In this document: in pieces, positions 20,277-30,262 of the stretch
How positions within the stretch are numbered: position 1 is the first letter of the stretch
Layout of the letters: every line of letters begins with the position of its first letter
NCBI GenBank assembly: GCA_963758635.1
Contig: CAVWWD010000009.1
Span: forward strand, 101,448-165,447
DNA: 64,000 bases
Direction: 5' to 3'
DNA from: an uncultured Candidatus Rokubacteria bacterium
GTDB lineage: Bacteria > Methylomirabilota > Methylomirabilia > Rokubacteriales > CSP1-6
Notes under the pieces: generated by a model
What the model saw: the letters and a program-made list of their open reading frames with translations, nothing else
What the model was told of the DNA's origin: nothing
The model's database searches: none
Position numbers and translations under genes: made by a program

Positions 20277-20714
20277 ATGGCGGAATACCTTCCCAGTCCC
20301 CGGGCGTGGGTGCGCGAGCAGGTCGAGCTCTACGAGAAGAGCGGCGGCACCCAGGGCACGACGCTCCGCGACACCGGGCTGCCGGTGATCGTCGTGACCC
20401 ACACCGGCAACAAGACCGGCGCGGTCAGGAAGACCCCGTTGATGAAGGTCCAGGACGGGAACCGCTACGTCCTGGTCGGGTCGGTGGGCGGCGCGCCGGC
20501 GAACCCGGTCTGGGTGTACAACCTGCGCGCGAACCCATCGGTGGAGATCCGTGACCTCACCTCCGTCCAGGACATGCGGGTCCGGGAGGTCACCGACGAG
20601 GCCGAGCGCGCGCGGCTGTGGAAGCTGGCCGTCGCCGCGTTTCCGCCGTACGAGGAGTACCAGGCGAAGACGACCCGGCGGATTCCGGTCTTCCTCGCCG
20701 AGCCGCGGGGCTGA
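20277..20714 (+). CDS. Deazaflavin (F420)-dependent nitroreductase family protein (Ddn-like)
   Basis: GNKTGAVRKTPL, SVGGAPANPVWVYNLRANP, YEEYQAKTTRRIPV. Confidence 0.92.
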   Translation: MAEYLPSPRAWVREQVELYEKSGGTQGTTLRDTGLPVIVVTHTGNKTGAVRKTPLMKVQDGNRYVLVGSVGGAPANPVWVYNLRANPSVEIRDLTSVQDMRVREVTDEAERARLWKLAVAAFPPYEEYQAKTTRRIPVFLAEPRG

Positions 20715-20738
20715 GCGGCGGCGCGCCCGGGGCCCGCG

Positions 20739-21590
20739 TCACTCTCGCGTGCGCGGGTCCAGGGCGTCCCGGATCGCGTCGCCCACGAAGTTCAGCCCCA
20801 CGACGGTCACGAACAGGGCCGCGCCGGGCCCGAACACGATCCACGGCGCCTGCTGGAGATACCCGCGCCCGGCGTTGATCATGCTGCCCCACGACGGCGC
20901 GGGCGGCTGGATGCCCAGGCCCAGGAACGACAGCGACGCCTCGGCGAGGATGGCGAAGGCCACGCTGAGCGAGGCCTGCACCACGATGGGCGCGGTGGCG
21001 TTGGGCAGCACGTGACGCCAGGCGATGCGCCAGCCGGGCGCGCCCAGCGCGCGCGCCGCCTCGACGTACTCGCGCGCCGTGATGCTCAGCACCTGGCCGC
21101 GCGTGAGCCGGGCGAAGGTCGGCGTGTAGACCACGCCCAGCGCGATGAGCACGCCGGTGAGCCCGGCGCCCAGGACCGCCCCCAGCGCGAGCGCCAGGAC
21201 GAGGGGCGGGAACGAGAGCACGGCGTCCATCAGCCGCATCAGGACGCCGTCGGCCCGGCCGCCCCAGTAGCCGGCCACGAGGCCGATCAGGCCTCCGGCC
21301 AGCGTGGCCAGGGCCACCGCCACGAACCCCGCCACCAGCGACACCCGCGTGCCCCAGATGACCCGCGCCAGCACATCGCGCCCGACGTTGTCCGTGCCGA
21401 GCAGATGCGCGAGGCTGGGCGCGGCGAGCGTGTTGCCCAGGTCCTGCTTGAGCGGGTCGTGGGGAGACAGCGCCGGCGCGAACAGCGCGGTGACGATCGC
21501 GAGCAGCACGACCGCCACGCCCACGGGGGCCAGCCGCGTGCTCGCCGCCCGCCGCAGGACGCCCCAGCGACGCACGCGCGCCTCGGGCAC
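20739..21590 (-). CDS. Peptide/nickel ABC transporter permease (DppC-like)
   Basis: HLLGTDNVGRD, EYVEAARALGA (EAA loop), SFLGLG. Confidence 0.92.
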   Translation of the reverse strand: MPEARVRRWGVLRRAASTRLAPVGVAVVLLAIVTALFAPALSPHDPLKQDLGNTLAAPSLAHLLGTDNVGRDVLARVIWGTRVSLVAGFVAVALATLAGGLIGLVAGYWGGRADGVLMRLMDAVLSFPPLVLALALGAVLGAGLTGVLIALGVVYTPTFARLTRGQVLSITAREYVEAARALGAPGWRIAWRHVLPNATAPIVVQASLSVAFAILAEASLSFLGLGIQPPAPSWGSMINAGRGYLQQAPWIVFGPGAALFVTVVGLNFVGDAIRDALDPRTRE

Positions 21591-21622
21591 GCCGAGCGTC
21601 GACGGTCATGGCACGCGCCCCG

Positions 21623-22567
21623 TCAGCGATAGCGGATCCTCGGGTCGATCCAGCCGTAGACCAGGTCGACGAGCAAGTTGCTCACGATGAAGCCCACCGC
21701 GATCAGCAGCACGACCCCTTGCACCAGCGGGTAGTCGCGCGCGAACACCGCGTCGACCACGAGGCGGCCCACGCCGGGCAGGGCGAAGACGTACTCCGTG
21801 ATGACGGCGCCGCCGATCAGCGTCCCGAGCTGAAGGCCGATCACCGTGACCACGGGAATCAGCGCGTTCCGGAGCGCGTGCCTCACCACCACCTGCCCTT
21901 CGCCGAGCCCTTTCGCCCGGGCGGTGCGGACGTAGTCCTCGGTCAGGGCCTCGAGCATGCTCGACCGGAGGGTCCGCGTCACCACCGCGGCCAGGGCCAG
22001 CCCCAGCGTGATCGCGGGCAACGCGAGCGAGCGCAGGCCCGCCCACGGCTCCTCGAGCGGATCGACGTAGCCGGAGATGGGCAGCCAGCGGAGCCGGACG
22101 CCGAACAGGAAGATCAGCAGGAGCGCGAGCAGGAAGTTCGGCATGCAGATGCCGAAGAGCGCGAACGTGGTGCCCGCGCCGTCGATCGGGGTATTGCGGC
22201 GCGCCGCGGACAGGATGCCGAGCGGGAAGGCCACCACCAGCGAGACCAGCATCGCGAGCGCGGCCAGCTCCAGGCTCGGCCGGATCCGCCGGGCCACGTT
22301 CTCGATCACCGGCTCCTGGTTCCGGATGGAGCGCCCGAGATCGCCCTGGAGGAGCCGGCCCATCCAGGCCGCGTACTGCACGTAGAGCGGCCGGTCCAGC
22401 CCAAGGTCGTGGCGGAGGCGCTCCTTCACCGAGGCGTCCATCGACTCCGCCATCATGGCGTCGATGGGGTCACCGGGGGTCATGTGGATGAGGGCGAAGA
22501 CCCCCGCGGTGACGAGGAGGAGGACGGGGACGGTGGCGGCGAGGCGGTGAAGGACGAAGCGCCCCAT
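21623..22567 (-). CDS. Peptide/nickel ABC transporter permease (DppB-like)
   Basis: PGDP, GDLGRS, DYVRTARAKGL, RDYPLVQG. Confidence 0.93.
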   Translation of the reverse strand: MGRFVLHRLAATVPVLLLVTAGVFALIHMTPGDPIDAMMAESMDASVKERLRHDLGLDRPLYVQYAAWMGRLLQGDLGRSIRNQEPVIENVARRIRPSLELAALAMLVSLVVAFPLGILSAARRNTPIDGAGTTFALFGICMPNFLLALLLIFLFGVRLRWLPISGYVDPLEEPWAGLRSLALPAITLGLALAAVVTRTLRSSMLEALTEDYVRTARAKGLGEGQVVVRHALRNALIPVVTVIGLQLGTLIGGAVITEYVFALPGVGRLVVDAVFARDYPLVQGVVLLIAVGFIVSNLLVDLVYGWIDPRIRYR

Positions 22568-22571
22568 CGAT

Positions 22572-22649
22572 CAAGCCTCGCGGATCAGACGAACGCGCTG
22601 CGGTGGGATTGTATGGTCCCGTGGCGGGTCAGCGAATTGTCGAGGCTCT
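22572..22649. mobile_element. MITE-like family B, copy 1
   Basis: AGCCTCG...CGAGGCT inverted ends; interior (GATCAGAC..CGGTGGGA..GTA..G.CCCGTGGCGG) homologous to 29232-29307 and 57622-57699. Confidence 0.65.
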
Positions 22650-22690
22650 CGAGCCGGGCCGCTCGCGTTACCGGACCGCCCGCGTCGCGC

Positions 22691-24283
22691 TCAGCTCCTG
22701 AGCCACACGTCCTTGAACCGCATCATGCCGTCGGGGATGGGCTCGTACCCCTGCACCTTCGGGGAAAACGCCTTCGGCTCGATGGGGTGCACGATGAACA
22801 CCATCGGCAGCTCCTCCTGGAGGAGCCGCGTGAGCTCGCTGTAGAGCTTCTTCCGCTCGGGCTGCGCGGAGACCTCGCGCGTCTTGTCGAGCAGCGCGTC
22901 GATCTTCGCGTTCGAGATGCCGGACCAGTTGAGCGACGTCCCCGGCGTGGTCTTGTAGAACTGGAACGTGTTGCCGTCGGGATCGGGCCGGCCGCTCCAC
23001 TGGTAGCTGATCATCTCGAAGTTCTTGCTGTTGCCGTCGGAGAGCAGCGTGGCGGAGTCCACGAGCTTGATCTTCATGGTGATGCCGGCCTCGGCGAGCT
23101 GGGCCTGGATCACCTCCGCCTCCTGCACGTTGATCGGGATGTTGTTGGTGGTCACCGTGAACGTGAAGCCGCCCGGCTTGCCCGCCTCGGCGAGCTTCGC
23201 CTTGGCCTTCGCCAGGTCGCGCTTGATGTACGGGATGCTCGAGTCGTACGCCCAGCTCGTGGGCGGGATCGGCCCGTTGGCGGGCACGCCGACGTTCAGC
23301 CACACGCCCTTGACGATCTGGGCGAGGTCGAGCGCGTACGCCACGGCCTGGCGCAGCGGCTTCGCGTCGAAGGGCGGCTTCGTGTGATTCAGCTGGTACG
23401 CGAAGTCGGCGAGCGACGGCACGTCGACGACCACCACGTTCCTGTCCGCCTTCACCGCCGCCACGTCGCGCGGCTGCACGTAGTCCATGACGTCGATCTC
23501 GCCGGACTGGAGGCTCTGGAGCTTCACCGTGTCGTCGGGGATGGGCCGGTATCGGATCCGGTCGAGGTACGGGCCGCCCTGCTTGTTCCAGTAGCTGTCG
23601 TTCCGCTTCAGGATGATGTGGGCGTCCTTCACCCACTCCACGAACTCGAAGGGCCCCGTCCCCGCGCCCTTGGCGTTCCGCTCCAGCTCCGCGCCGCGCT
23701 CCTGGACGGCCTTGGGCGACACCATCATGCCCGCGCGATCGGTGAGGGTGGCGAGCAGCGCGGCGTCGGGACGCTTCAGGTTGAGCCGGACGGTGTAGGG
23801 ATCGACCACGTCGACGGTGTCGATCGACGCTACCTCGCCCTTGCGCACGGACTTCGCCTCGGTCTTCATCCGGTTGAAGTTGAACTTGACCACCTCGGCG
23901 TTGAAGTCGGTGCCGTCGTGGAACTTCACGCCGCGGCGTAGCTTGAAGACGAGCGTCTTGGGCTCGGGCTGCTGCCAGGACTCGGCGAGGCCCGGCTTGA
24001 TCCCGAGCTTCACGTCGAGCGTGACGAGCGGCTCGTAGATGTTGTGGTAGACCTGCCGGTCGATCTTGCTGCCCGAGTAGTGCGGATCCATCGTGGCCGC
24101 CTCGATGTAGAAGCCCACGCGGAGCGTGCCGCCCTTCCGGGGCGCGCCCTGCGCGAGGGCCCGCGTCACGCCGAGCGGCGCGGACAGGGCCGCGGGCACG
24201 AGGGCGGCGGAGGCGACGGCCCCCTTCAGCACCTCACGCCGGGAGATATCGTGCGTCGTGGCTCTGCGCCGCTTCGCCGCCAT
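22691..24283 (-). CDS. Peptide/nickel ABC substrate-binding protein (family 5), Tat signal
   Basis: SRREVLKG Tat motif, GLAESW, LRRGVKFHDG, GTGPF. Confidence 0.93.
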   Translation of the reverse strand: MAAKRRRATTHDISRREVLKGAVASAALVPAALSAPLGVTRALAQGAPRKGGTLRVGFYIEAATMDPHYSGSKIDRQVYHNIYEPLVTLDVKLGIKPGLAESWQQPEPKTLVFKLRRGVKFHDGTDFNAEVVKFNFNRMKTEAKSVRKGEVASIDTVDVVDPYTVRLNLKRPDAALLATLTDRAGMMVSPKAVQERGAELERNAKGAGTGPFEFVEWVKDAHIILKRNDSYWNKQGGPYLDRIRYRPIPDDTVKLQSLQSGEIDVMDYVQPRDVAAVKADRNVVVVDVPSLADFAYQLNHTKPPFDAKPLRQAVAYALDLAQIVKGVWLNVGVPANGPIPPTSWAYDSSIPYIKRDLAKAKAKLAEAGKPGGFTFTVTTNNIPINVQEAEVIQAQLAEAGITMKIKLVDSATLLSDGNSKNFEMISYQWSGRPDPDGNTFQFYKTTPGTSLNWSGISNAKIDALLDKTREVSAQPERKKLYSELTRLLQEELPMVFIVHPIEPKAFSPKVQGYEPIPDGMMRFKDVWLRS

Positions 24284-24356
24284 GTCGTGTCTCCTCCGAT
24301 CGTCGAGATCGCCGCGCGCGCACACTGCTCCCGCTCGCACGCTCGTGGGTGGCCGG

Positions 24357-24386
24357 AGTATGAAAGACGCCAGCGTCCGGTGTCAA
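24357..24386 (-). promoter_or_regulatory. Sigma70-type promoter of the ABC operon
   Basis: Minus strand TTGACA-18-CATACT. Confidence 0.55.
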
Positions 24387-24396
24387 GGCTCCGGAC

Positions 24397-24615
24397 TCCC
24401 TCTCCCCTCTGGGTCTGTGAAGAAATGGCGAGGCGGCCACGCGTGTGTACGCGGAATCGCGGTGTTGGCCCGCACGGCGAAGTCGAAATCCGCATTTCTT
24501 CACAACCTCTCTGGGGAGAGGGACGGGGTGAGGGGCCGTCGCACGACCTCAGCGGTCAGCCCGCGTGCTGGCGCAACCGCCCCTCACCCTACCCTCTCCC
24601 CAGAGGGGAGAGGGA
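24397..24615. repeat. Inverted doublet of REP/BoxC-like hairpin repeats (CCCCTCACCCnnCCCTCTCCCC-n3-GGGGAGAGGG)
   Basis: The reconstructed left copy (24397-24410 + 24513-24535) is the near-exact reverse complement of 24580-24615. Confidence 0.8.
24411..24509. mobile_element. MITE-like family A, copy 1 (99 bp) inserted in the REP hairpin loop
   Basis: TIRs GGGTCTGTGAAGAAATG / CATTTCTTCACAACCTC, flanked by duplicated TCT. Confidence 0.75.
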
Positions 24616-24645
24616 TTGACAGTCGCAGAAGCGCGTCTTCACAAT
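24616..24645 (+). promoter_or_regulatory. Sigma70-type promoter of the acyl-CoA ligase operon
   Basis: TTGACA-18-CACAAT. Confidence 0.55.
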
Positions 24646-24687
24646 GCCCGCGGATCGCTCGTGGGCGACGACCGAGACGACCGAGCC

Positions 24688-26859
24688 ATGGACCTCACAC
24701 CCCTCATGAAGCCGGCGAGCATCGCGGTCGTCGGCGCCTCCGCGCGCATGGGCCGCGGCACGCGGGTCGTCGCGAACCTTCAGCAGTTCGGCTACCGCGG
24801 CCGCGTGTTCCCGGTGAACCCGAAGTACGGCGAGATCCTGGGCCTTCCCTGCTACCCGGACCTCCTCGCCACGCCCGAGCCGGCGGAGCTGGTGGTGGTG
24901 GCGATTCCCGCCGCCGACGTGCCTGCGCTCCTCGCGGAGGCGGCGGCCCGCGGCACGCGCGCGGCGATCATCCTGTCGAGCGGGTTCGGCGAGGCGGGGC
25001 CGGACGGGCGTGAGCGACAGGGCGCGCTCGACCGCCTGGTGGCCGAGCACGGGCTCCTGATCTGCGGACCCAACTGCTACGGCGTGTTCGACGTGCGCGG
25101 CGGCTCGGCGACGTTCTCCGCGGACTTCACCGCGCCCCCGCCGGCCGGCGGCGTGGCCGTGGTGTCGCAGAGCGGCGGCTTCAGCCACGCCATCGCCGAG
25201 GCGCTCTCCCTGCAGCGCGCCGCTCGGGCTGTCCTACATCGTGTCGTGCGGCAACCAGGCCGGCGTCAGCGTGGAGGACTACCTCGAGTTCCTCGTGGAG
25301 GACGCCCACACGCGGGTGATCGGCGTGTTCGTCGAGGGCTTCCGGCGCCCCGCGAAGCTCCGGCGCGTGGCTGCGCAGGCGCTCGCCGCCGGCAAGCCCA
25401 TCGTGGCTCTCAAGGTCGGCCAGTCGGAGAACGCGCGTCAGGCCATGCTGAGCCACACCGGCTCGCTCGCCGGCACGCCCGAGATCGTCGCCGCCGCGCT
25501 CCGCCAGAGCGGCGTCGCGACGGTGTCGAGCCTCAACGAGATGATCGACACGCTGACGCTCCTGGCCGCGCCGGCCGCGGCCCGCGCCGGTGGACGGGTC
25601 GCCGTCCTCAGCGGGCTCGGCGGTGAGTGCGGACGCGTCGCGGACGCGGCGGAGCGCGCCGGGCTCGAGCTGCCGCCCCTGGCGCCAGCGACCGTGGACG
25701 CCCTCCGGCGCGCGCTGCCGGACTTCGGCACGCCACGCAACCCGCTCGACGGCACCGGCGGCATGTACGAGGATCCCGCGGTCTTCCCCGGCCTGATCGA
25801 CGCGCTCCTGGGCGCTCCCGACGTGGACGTCGTGGCCGTGAATCTCCGGGCCAACGTACCCAAGCCGGGAGGCTGGGCGCCGTCGCGCCAGTTCGCGGGA
25901 GTGATCCGCGACCGGCTCGCCGCGGGCGACGGACAAGCTGGTGGTGGCGTTCGGCTCGTTCTCCGGCGGCGACCTGGACCAGGAGGTCGTGCGGCCGCTG
26001 GCCGAGGCCGGCGTGCCGTACCTGGACGGCACCGAGACGGCCATGCTCGCGCTGGCCCACGCGCGCGATCGTCGCCGGTTCGTGGAGCGGCGCCGCGGGC
26101 GCGCGCACGAGGCGCCGGGATCTGGCGCGACGACGGCGGCGGCCGCATCCGGCGCGGCCGCGCCCGCCGGACCGTCAAGGCCGCGCGCGGGACGGAGACG
26201 GGCGTCACGATGCCGGCGCTCCCCGCCGAGCGCCTCCTGCGCGAGGCCGGCATTGCGCTCGTGGAGACCTGCGCGCGTCACCGACGCCGGCGAGGCCGCG
26301 CGCGTGGCCGCAGCGCCTGGGCTATCCCGTCGTCCTCAAGATCGACTCGCCCGACCTCCCCCACAAGACCGACGTGGGCGGCATCCGGGTCGGCTGCGCC
26401 TCCGCGAAGGCGGTCCGGCTGGCCTTCGAGGAGATGGTCGCCGAGGTGCGCGGGCGCGCGCCGGCCGCCCGCATCGAGGGCGCGCTCGTCCAGCCCATGG
26501 TGGCGGGCGGCGTCGAGATGGTCGTGGGGATCAAGCGCGATCCCCTCTTCGGGCCGGCGGTGGTCTGCGGCTTCGGCGGCATCCTCGTGGAGATCCTCCG
26601 GGACGTCGCGGTGCGCGTGCCGCCCTTCGACCACGCCGAGGCGCGCGACATGCTGGACGAGCTGCGCGGGCGCGCGCTCCTGCACGGCGCGCGCGGCCGC
26701 CCGCCCGCCGACATCGGCGCGCTCGCGGACCTCCTCGTGCGGCTCGGCGCGCTCGCCACCGCGCGCGCGGACATCCGCGCGATCGACCTGAATCCCGTCC
26801 TCGTCCTCCCGCAAGGCCGCGGCGCCGTCGCGGTGGACTGGCTCATCGAGCTCGACTGA
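24688..26859 (+). CDS. Acetate-CoA ligase (ADP-forming) family protein (several frameshifts)
   Basis: SIAVVGAS, PVNPK, GPNCYG, SQSGG, SHTGSLAG, NPLD, GYPVVLK...HKTDVGG, DLNP spread over successive frames. Confidence 0.88.
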
Positions 26860-26871
26860 CCCAGGAGGCCA

Positions 26872-27747
26872 ATGATGCCCTACGAGACGATCCTCTTCGA
26901 GAAGGCGGGCCCCGTCGCCACCATCACGCTGAACCGCCCGGAGGCGCTCAACGCCATCAACCCGCAGATGACGTCGGAGCTGCACCAGGCCCTCGACCAG
27001 GCGGAGGCCGACGCCGAGGTCCGCGCCATCCTGCTCACCGGGGCGGGCCGCGCGTTCTCGGCGGGCTACGACATCGGCCGCCGGCCCGACGGGCGATCCG
27101 CGCTCGACCCCACCGGCAGCGAGGTCGCCGACTTCCTGAAGCGCTGGTGGACGTCCGACGGCGACTCCGCGCGGCGCCTCATGCACATCTGGCAGCTCTC
27201 GAAACCGGTCATCGCCGCGGTGCACGGGTGGGTCATGGGCGGGGGCTTCTGGTACTCGCTGGCCTGCGACATCACGATCGCCGCCGACGACAGCGTGTTC
27301 GCCCAGCCCGAGGTCCGGCACATCTCGAACACCACCGTGCTCTTCGCCGCGCTGGCCGGCTGGAAGGCCGCGCACCGCTACGGCCTCACCGGCGACCACT
27401 TCGACGCCGCCGAGGCCCTGCGCCTGGGCATCGTCAACGAGGTGGTGCCGGCGGCGGAGCTGATGACGCGGGCGCGCGCGCTCGCGGAGCGCATCGCCCG
27501 CGTGCCCGAGCCGTCGGTCCGGCTGAACAAGGCCGTCACGTGCTACGGCCTGCTCGCGATGGGCCTCGGCGCGGGGATGCTGATGAACATCCCGCTCTCG
27601 AACCTGGCCCACGCCTCGTACAACTCCGAGCGCGGGGACCTGCTCGCCGCCATGCAGTCGGGCGGGCTCAAGGCGTTCCTGGACGCGCGCGACGGCGACT
27701 TCCGGCCCGAGCCGTTCGGCCCGAAGTCCCGCCCGCCCCGGTCTTGA
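26872..27747 (+). CDS. Enoyl-CoA hydratase/isomerase family protein
   Basis: ITLNRPEALNA, GAGRAFSAGYD, KPVIAAVHG, ACDI. Confidence 0.92.
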   Translation: MMPYETILFEKAGPVATITLNRPEALNAINPQMTSELHQALDQAEADAEVRAILLTGAGRAFSAGYDIGRRPDGRSALDPTGSEVADFLKRWWTSDGDSARRLMHIWQLSKPVIAAVHGWVMGGGFWYSLACDITIAADDSVFAQPEVRHISNTTVLFAALAGWKAAHRYGLTGDHFDAAEALRLGIVNEVVPAAELMTRARALAERIARVPEPSVRLNKAVTCYGLLAMGLGAGMLMNIPLSNLAHASYNSERGDLLAAMQSGGLKAFLDARDGDFRPEPFGPKSRPPRS

Positions 27748-27806
27748 CGTGTCTCCATTGCGGGACATTGACGCCCACCGCGACGCCCCGGTATCGTAGC
27801 CACTCG

Positions 27807-28391
27807 ATGGCCCAGGTGATCGAACCGGAGCTCAGGACGCGGCGATGGCGGCGTGTCGAGTACGAGCGGCTCGTCGACCTCGGGATCTTCACGGGCGAGC
27901 GCGTGGAGCTTCTCGACGGGCTGCTCGTCGTCCGGGAGCCCCAGGGCAGCCCGCACGCCGCGATCGTCGACCATGTCGGGCGTGTCCTGGCGGCGGGGTT
28001 CGGCGATGGATGGTACGCGCGCCACCATGCGCCGCTCGCGCTCGGCGAGCACTCGGAGCCCGAGCCCGACGTGGCCATCGTCGCCGGCCGCCCCCGTGAC
28101 TACCTCGCCGCGCATCCCACGACGGCCGCGCTCGTCGTCGAGGTCGCCGATTCGAGCCTGAGGCTCGATCGACGCTTCAAGGCCGTCATCTACGCCCGCG
28201 CGGGCCTGAGCGAGTATTGGATCGTGAATCTCGTCGAGGGATCCGTCGAGATGCATCGCGATCCGCAGCCGACCGCGGACGAGCCCGACGCCTGGAGCTA
28301 CCGCACCGTCGAGATCCTTCGTCCACCGGGAACGCTCACCCCGCTGAGCGCGCCCGGGTGTCGCATCTCCGTCGCTGACCTTCTCCCCTGA
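27807..28391 (+). CDS. Uma2 family (DUF820) endonuclease-like protein
   Basis: VELLDG, EPEPDVAI, LVVEVADSS, YARAGLSEYWIVNL. Confidence 0.9.
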   Translation: MAQVIEPELRTRRWRRVEYERLVDLGIFTGERVELLDGLLVVREPQGSPHAAIVDHVGRVLAAGFGDGWYARHHAPLALGEHSEPEPDVAIVAGRPRDYLAAHPTTAALVVEVADSSLRLDRRFKAVIYARAGLSEYWIVNLVEGSVEMHRDPQPTADEPDAWSYRTVEILRPPGTLTPLSAPGCRISVADLLP

Positions 28392-28409
28392 GGCGGGCGG
28401 CCGCTTCCG

Positions 28410-29228
28410 TCAGCGGCCGCGGAGGCGCTGGGGGTCCAGCCAGTCGCTGAGGCCCTCGGCCACCATGTTGAAGCCGAGCACGGCCACCATGATGGCGAGG
28501 CCGGGGAACACGACCATCCACGGGGCCTGCAGCATGAACCCCCGGCCGTCGGCGAGCATCAGCCCGAGCGACGGGATGGGCGGCCGCACGCCGACGCCCA
28601 GGAACGAGAGCGAGGCCTCGACGAGGATGGCGACGGCCATCAGCACCGAGGCCTGGACCAGGACGGGCGCGGTGGCGTTCGGCAGGATGTGGCCGACGAT
28701 CACGCGCGGCACGGTGGCGCCAAGCGCGCGGGCGCCGTCCACGTAGGCCTCGACCTTGGCCGCGATCACCGCCGCCCGCGTCACGCGCGCCACCACGGGC
28801 GTGTAGACGACGGCGAGCGCCGCCGAGACCAGGCCGACGCCGGTGCCGAACACGCTCATCAGCGCGATGGCGAGGAGGATCGCGGGGAACGCCATCAGCA
28901 CGTCGAGCGGGCGCATGATGAGCTGATCCGGCAGCCCCTCCGCGTAGCCGGCGATCACGCCGAGCGGCCCGCCCACCGCGAGGGCGAGCGCCACCGACAC
29001 CAGCGCCACCCCGAGCGACACGCGATACGCGTGGACCACGCGGGTCAGCACGCTCCGCCCGAGGTCGTCCATGCCGAACGGCTCGGCCAGCGTGGGCGCC
29101 CGCAGCGCGTGGTCCTTGGCGATCTCGGTGGGGCTCCCCGGAAGCACCGCCGGCGCCAGCACGGCGAGGAGCGCGAGCCACCCGATCACGAGGGCCCCGG
29201 CCACCGCCACCCCGGGCGAGGGCCTCAC
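28410..29228 (-). CDS. Peptide/nickel ABC permease (DppC-like)
   Basis: FGMDDLGRS, YVDGARALGA, SFLGVG. True start GTG 29228; the ORF-track extension lies in the MITE. Confidence 0.9.
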   Translation of the reverse strand: MRPSPGVAVAGALVIGWLALLAVLAPAVLPGSPTEIAKDHALRAPTLAEPFGMDDLGRSVLTRVVHAYRVSLGVALVSVALALAVGGPLGVIAGYAEGLPDQLIMRPLDVLMAFPAILLAIALMSVFGTGVGLVSAALAVVYTPVVARVTRAAVIAAKVEAYVDGARALGATVPRVIVGHILPNATAPVLVQASVLMAVAILVEASLSFLGVGVRPPIPSLGLMLADGRGFMLQAPWMVVFPGLAIMVAVLGFNMVAEGLSDWLDPQRLRGR

Positions 29229-29231
29229 TGG

Positions 29232-29307
29232 TGAGCCTCGCGCATCAGACCAATGCCGAGCGGTGGGACGGTAGAGGCCCGTGGCGGTTCGCACTCTGCG
29301 AGGGTCA
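29232..29307. mobile_element. MITE-like family B, copy 2
   Basis: TIR TGAGCCTCGC / GCGAGGGTCA, CTGG duplicated on both sides (29228-29231, 29308-29311). Confidence 0.75.
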
Positions 29308-30258
29308 CTGGCGCCGCACCCGCGGATCGATCACGCCGTAGAGGATGTCGGTGACGAGGTTGACCAGCATGAACATGGCGCCGATGGCGAGCACGGTGCT
29401 CTGCACGACCGGGTAGTTGCGCTCCAGCACCGCGTCGAGGGTCATCCGCCCCACGCCGGGCAGCGTGAAGATCATCTCGACCACGATCGCGCCGCCCAGC
29501 ATGTAGCCGACCTGGAGGCCCAGCACCGTCACGATGGGGATGGCCGCGTTCGGCAGCACATGTCGGAACAGCACGGCGCGGTCGCCCAGCCCCTTGGCCC
29601 GCGCGTACTGCACGAAGCCGCGATGCACGGTGTCGAGCACCGCCGCCCGCGTGAGCCGCCCGAGGACGGCGGCGCGGCTCACCGCCAGCGTCACCGCGGG
29701 CAGGATCATGTGCAGCAGGTTCTCCCACGGGCTCTCGAGGAGCGGCACCCAGCCCGCCGACGGCAGAAGCCCGGCGCCCAGCGAGAGCAGCAGGATGAGC
29801 ATGATGCCGAGCCAGAAATCGGGGATCGAGATGCCGACGAGCCCGATGGCGAGCGCGGCGCGGTCGGCCACGCCGCCGCGCCGGCCGCCGCCGAGCAGCC
29901 CCAGCGGCACGCCGATGAGCGCGGCGCAGAGCGTGGCCAGCAGGGTGAGCTCGATGGTCACGGGCAGCCGGTCGAGGATCATGCGGCCGATCGGCTCGTT
30001 CTGGCGGAAGTCGAGGCCGAAGTCTCCCCGCGCCACGCCGCCGAGCCAGCGCAGGTACTGGGTGACGACGGGCTCGTCCAGATGGAAGGCCTCGCGAAGC
30101 GCCTTCACGCTCTCCGGCGTGGCCTTGTAGCCGAGCACCGTGACGGCGGGGTCGCCAGGCACGACCCGCATGAGCGCGAACACGAGCACGCTCATGCCGA
30201 GGAGCAGCGGCACGGCGAGGAGCAGCCGCCGAGCCGCGTACGTCCAGGGGAACGTCAC
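29305..30258 (-). CDS. Peptide/nickel ABC permease (DppB-like)
   Basis: PGDPA, GDFG, YARAKGL, RNYPVVQ. Confidence 0.92.
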   Translation of the reverse strand: MTFPWTYAARRLLLAVPLLLGMSVLVFALMRVVPGDPAVTVLGYKATPESVKALREAFHLDEPVVTQYLRWLGGVARGDFGLDFRQNEPIGRMILDRLPVTIELTLLATLCAALIGVPLGLLGGGRRGGVADRAALAIGLVGISIPDFWLGIMLILLLSLGAGLLPSAGWVPLLESPWENLLHMILPAVTLAVSRAAVLGRLTRAAVLDTVHRGFVQYARAKGLGDRAVLFRHVLPNAAIPIVTVLGLQVGYMLGGAIVVEMIFTLPGVGRMTLDAVLERNYPVVQSTVLAIGAMFMLVNLVTDILYGVIDPRVRRQ

Positions 30259-30262
30259 CAGT

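Noticed and set aside
17936-20278. 780-aa ORF as a single protein
   Set aside because: Only the last 343 aa (from ATG 18967 after AGGAGG) are DUF2278-LTD; the rest is antisense to the 19211 gene.
24688-26859. Programmed frameshifting or true pseudogene in the CoA ligase
   Set aside because: No slippery heptamers seen; the same indel pattern occurs across the window, so sequencing error is simpler.
27807-28391. Uma2 gene as a defence system
   Set aside because: Solo Uma2 genes are common and multi-copy; no methylase or partner gene is adjacent.
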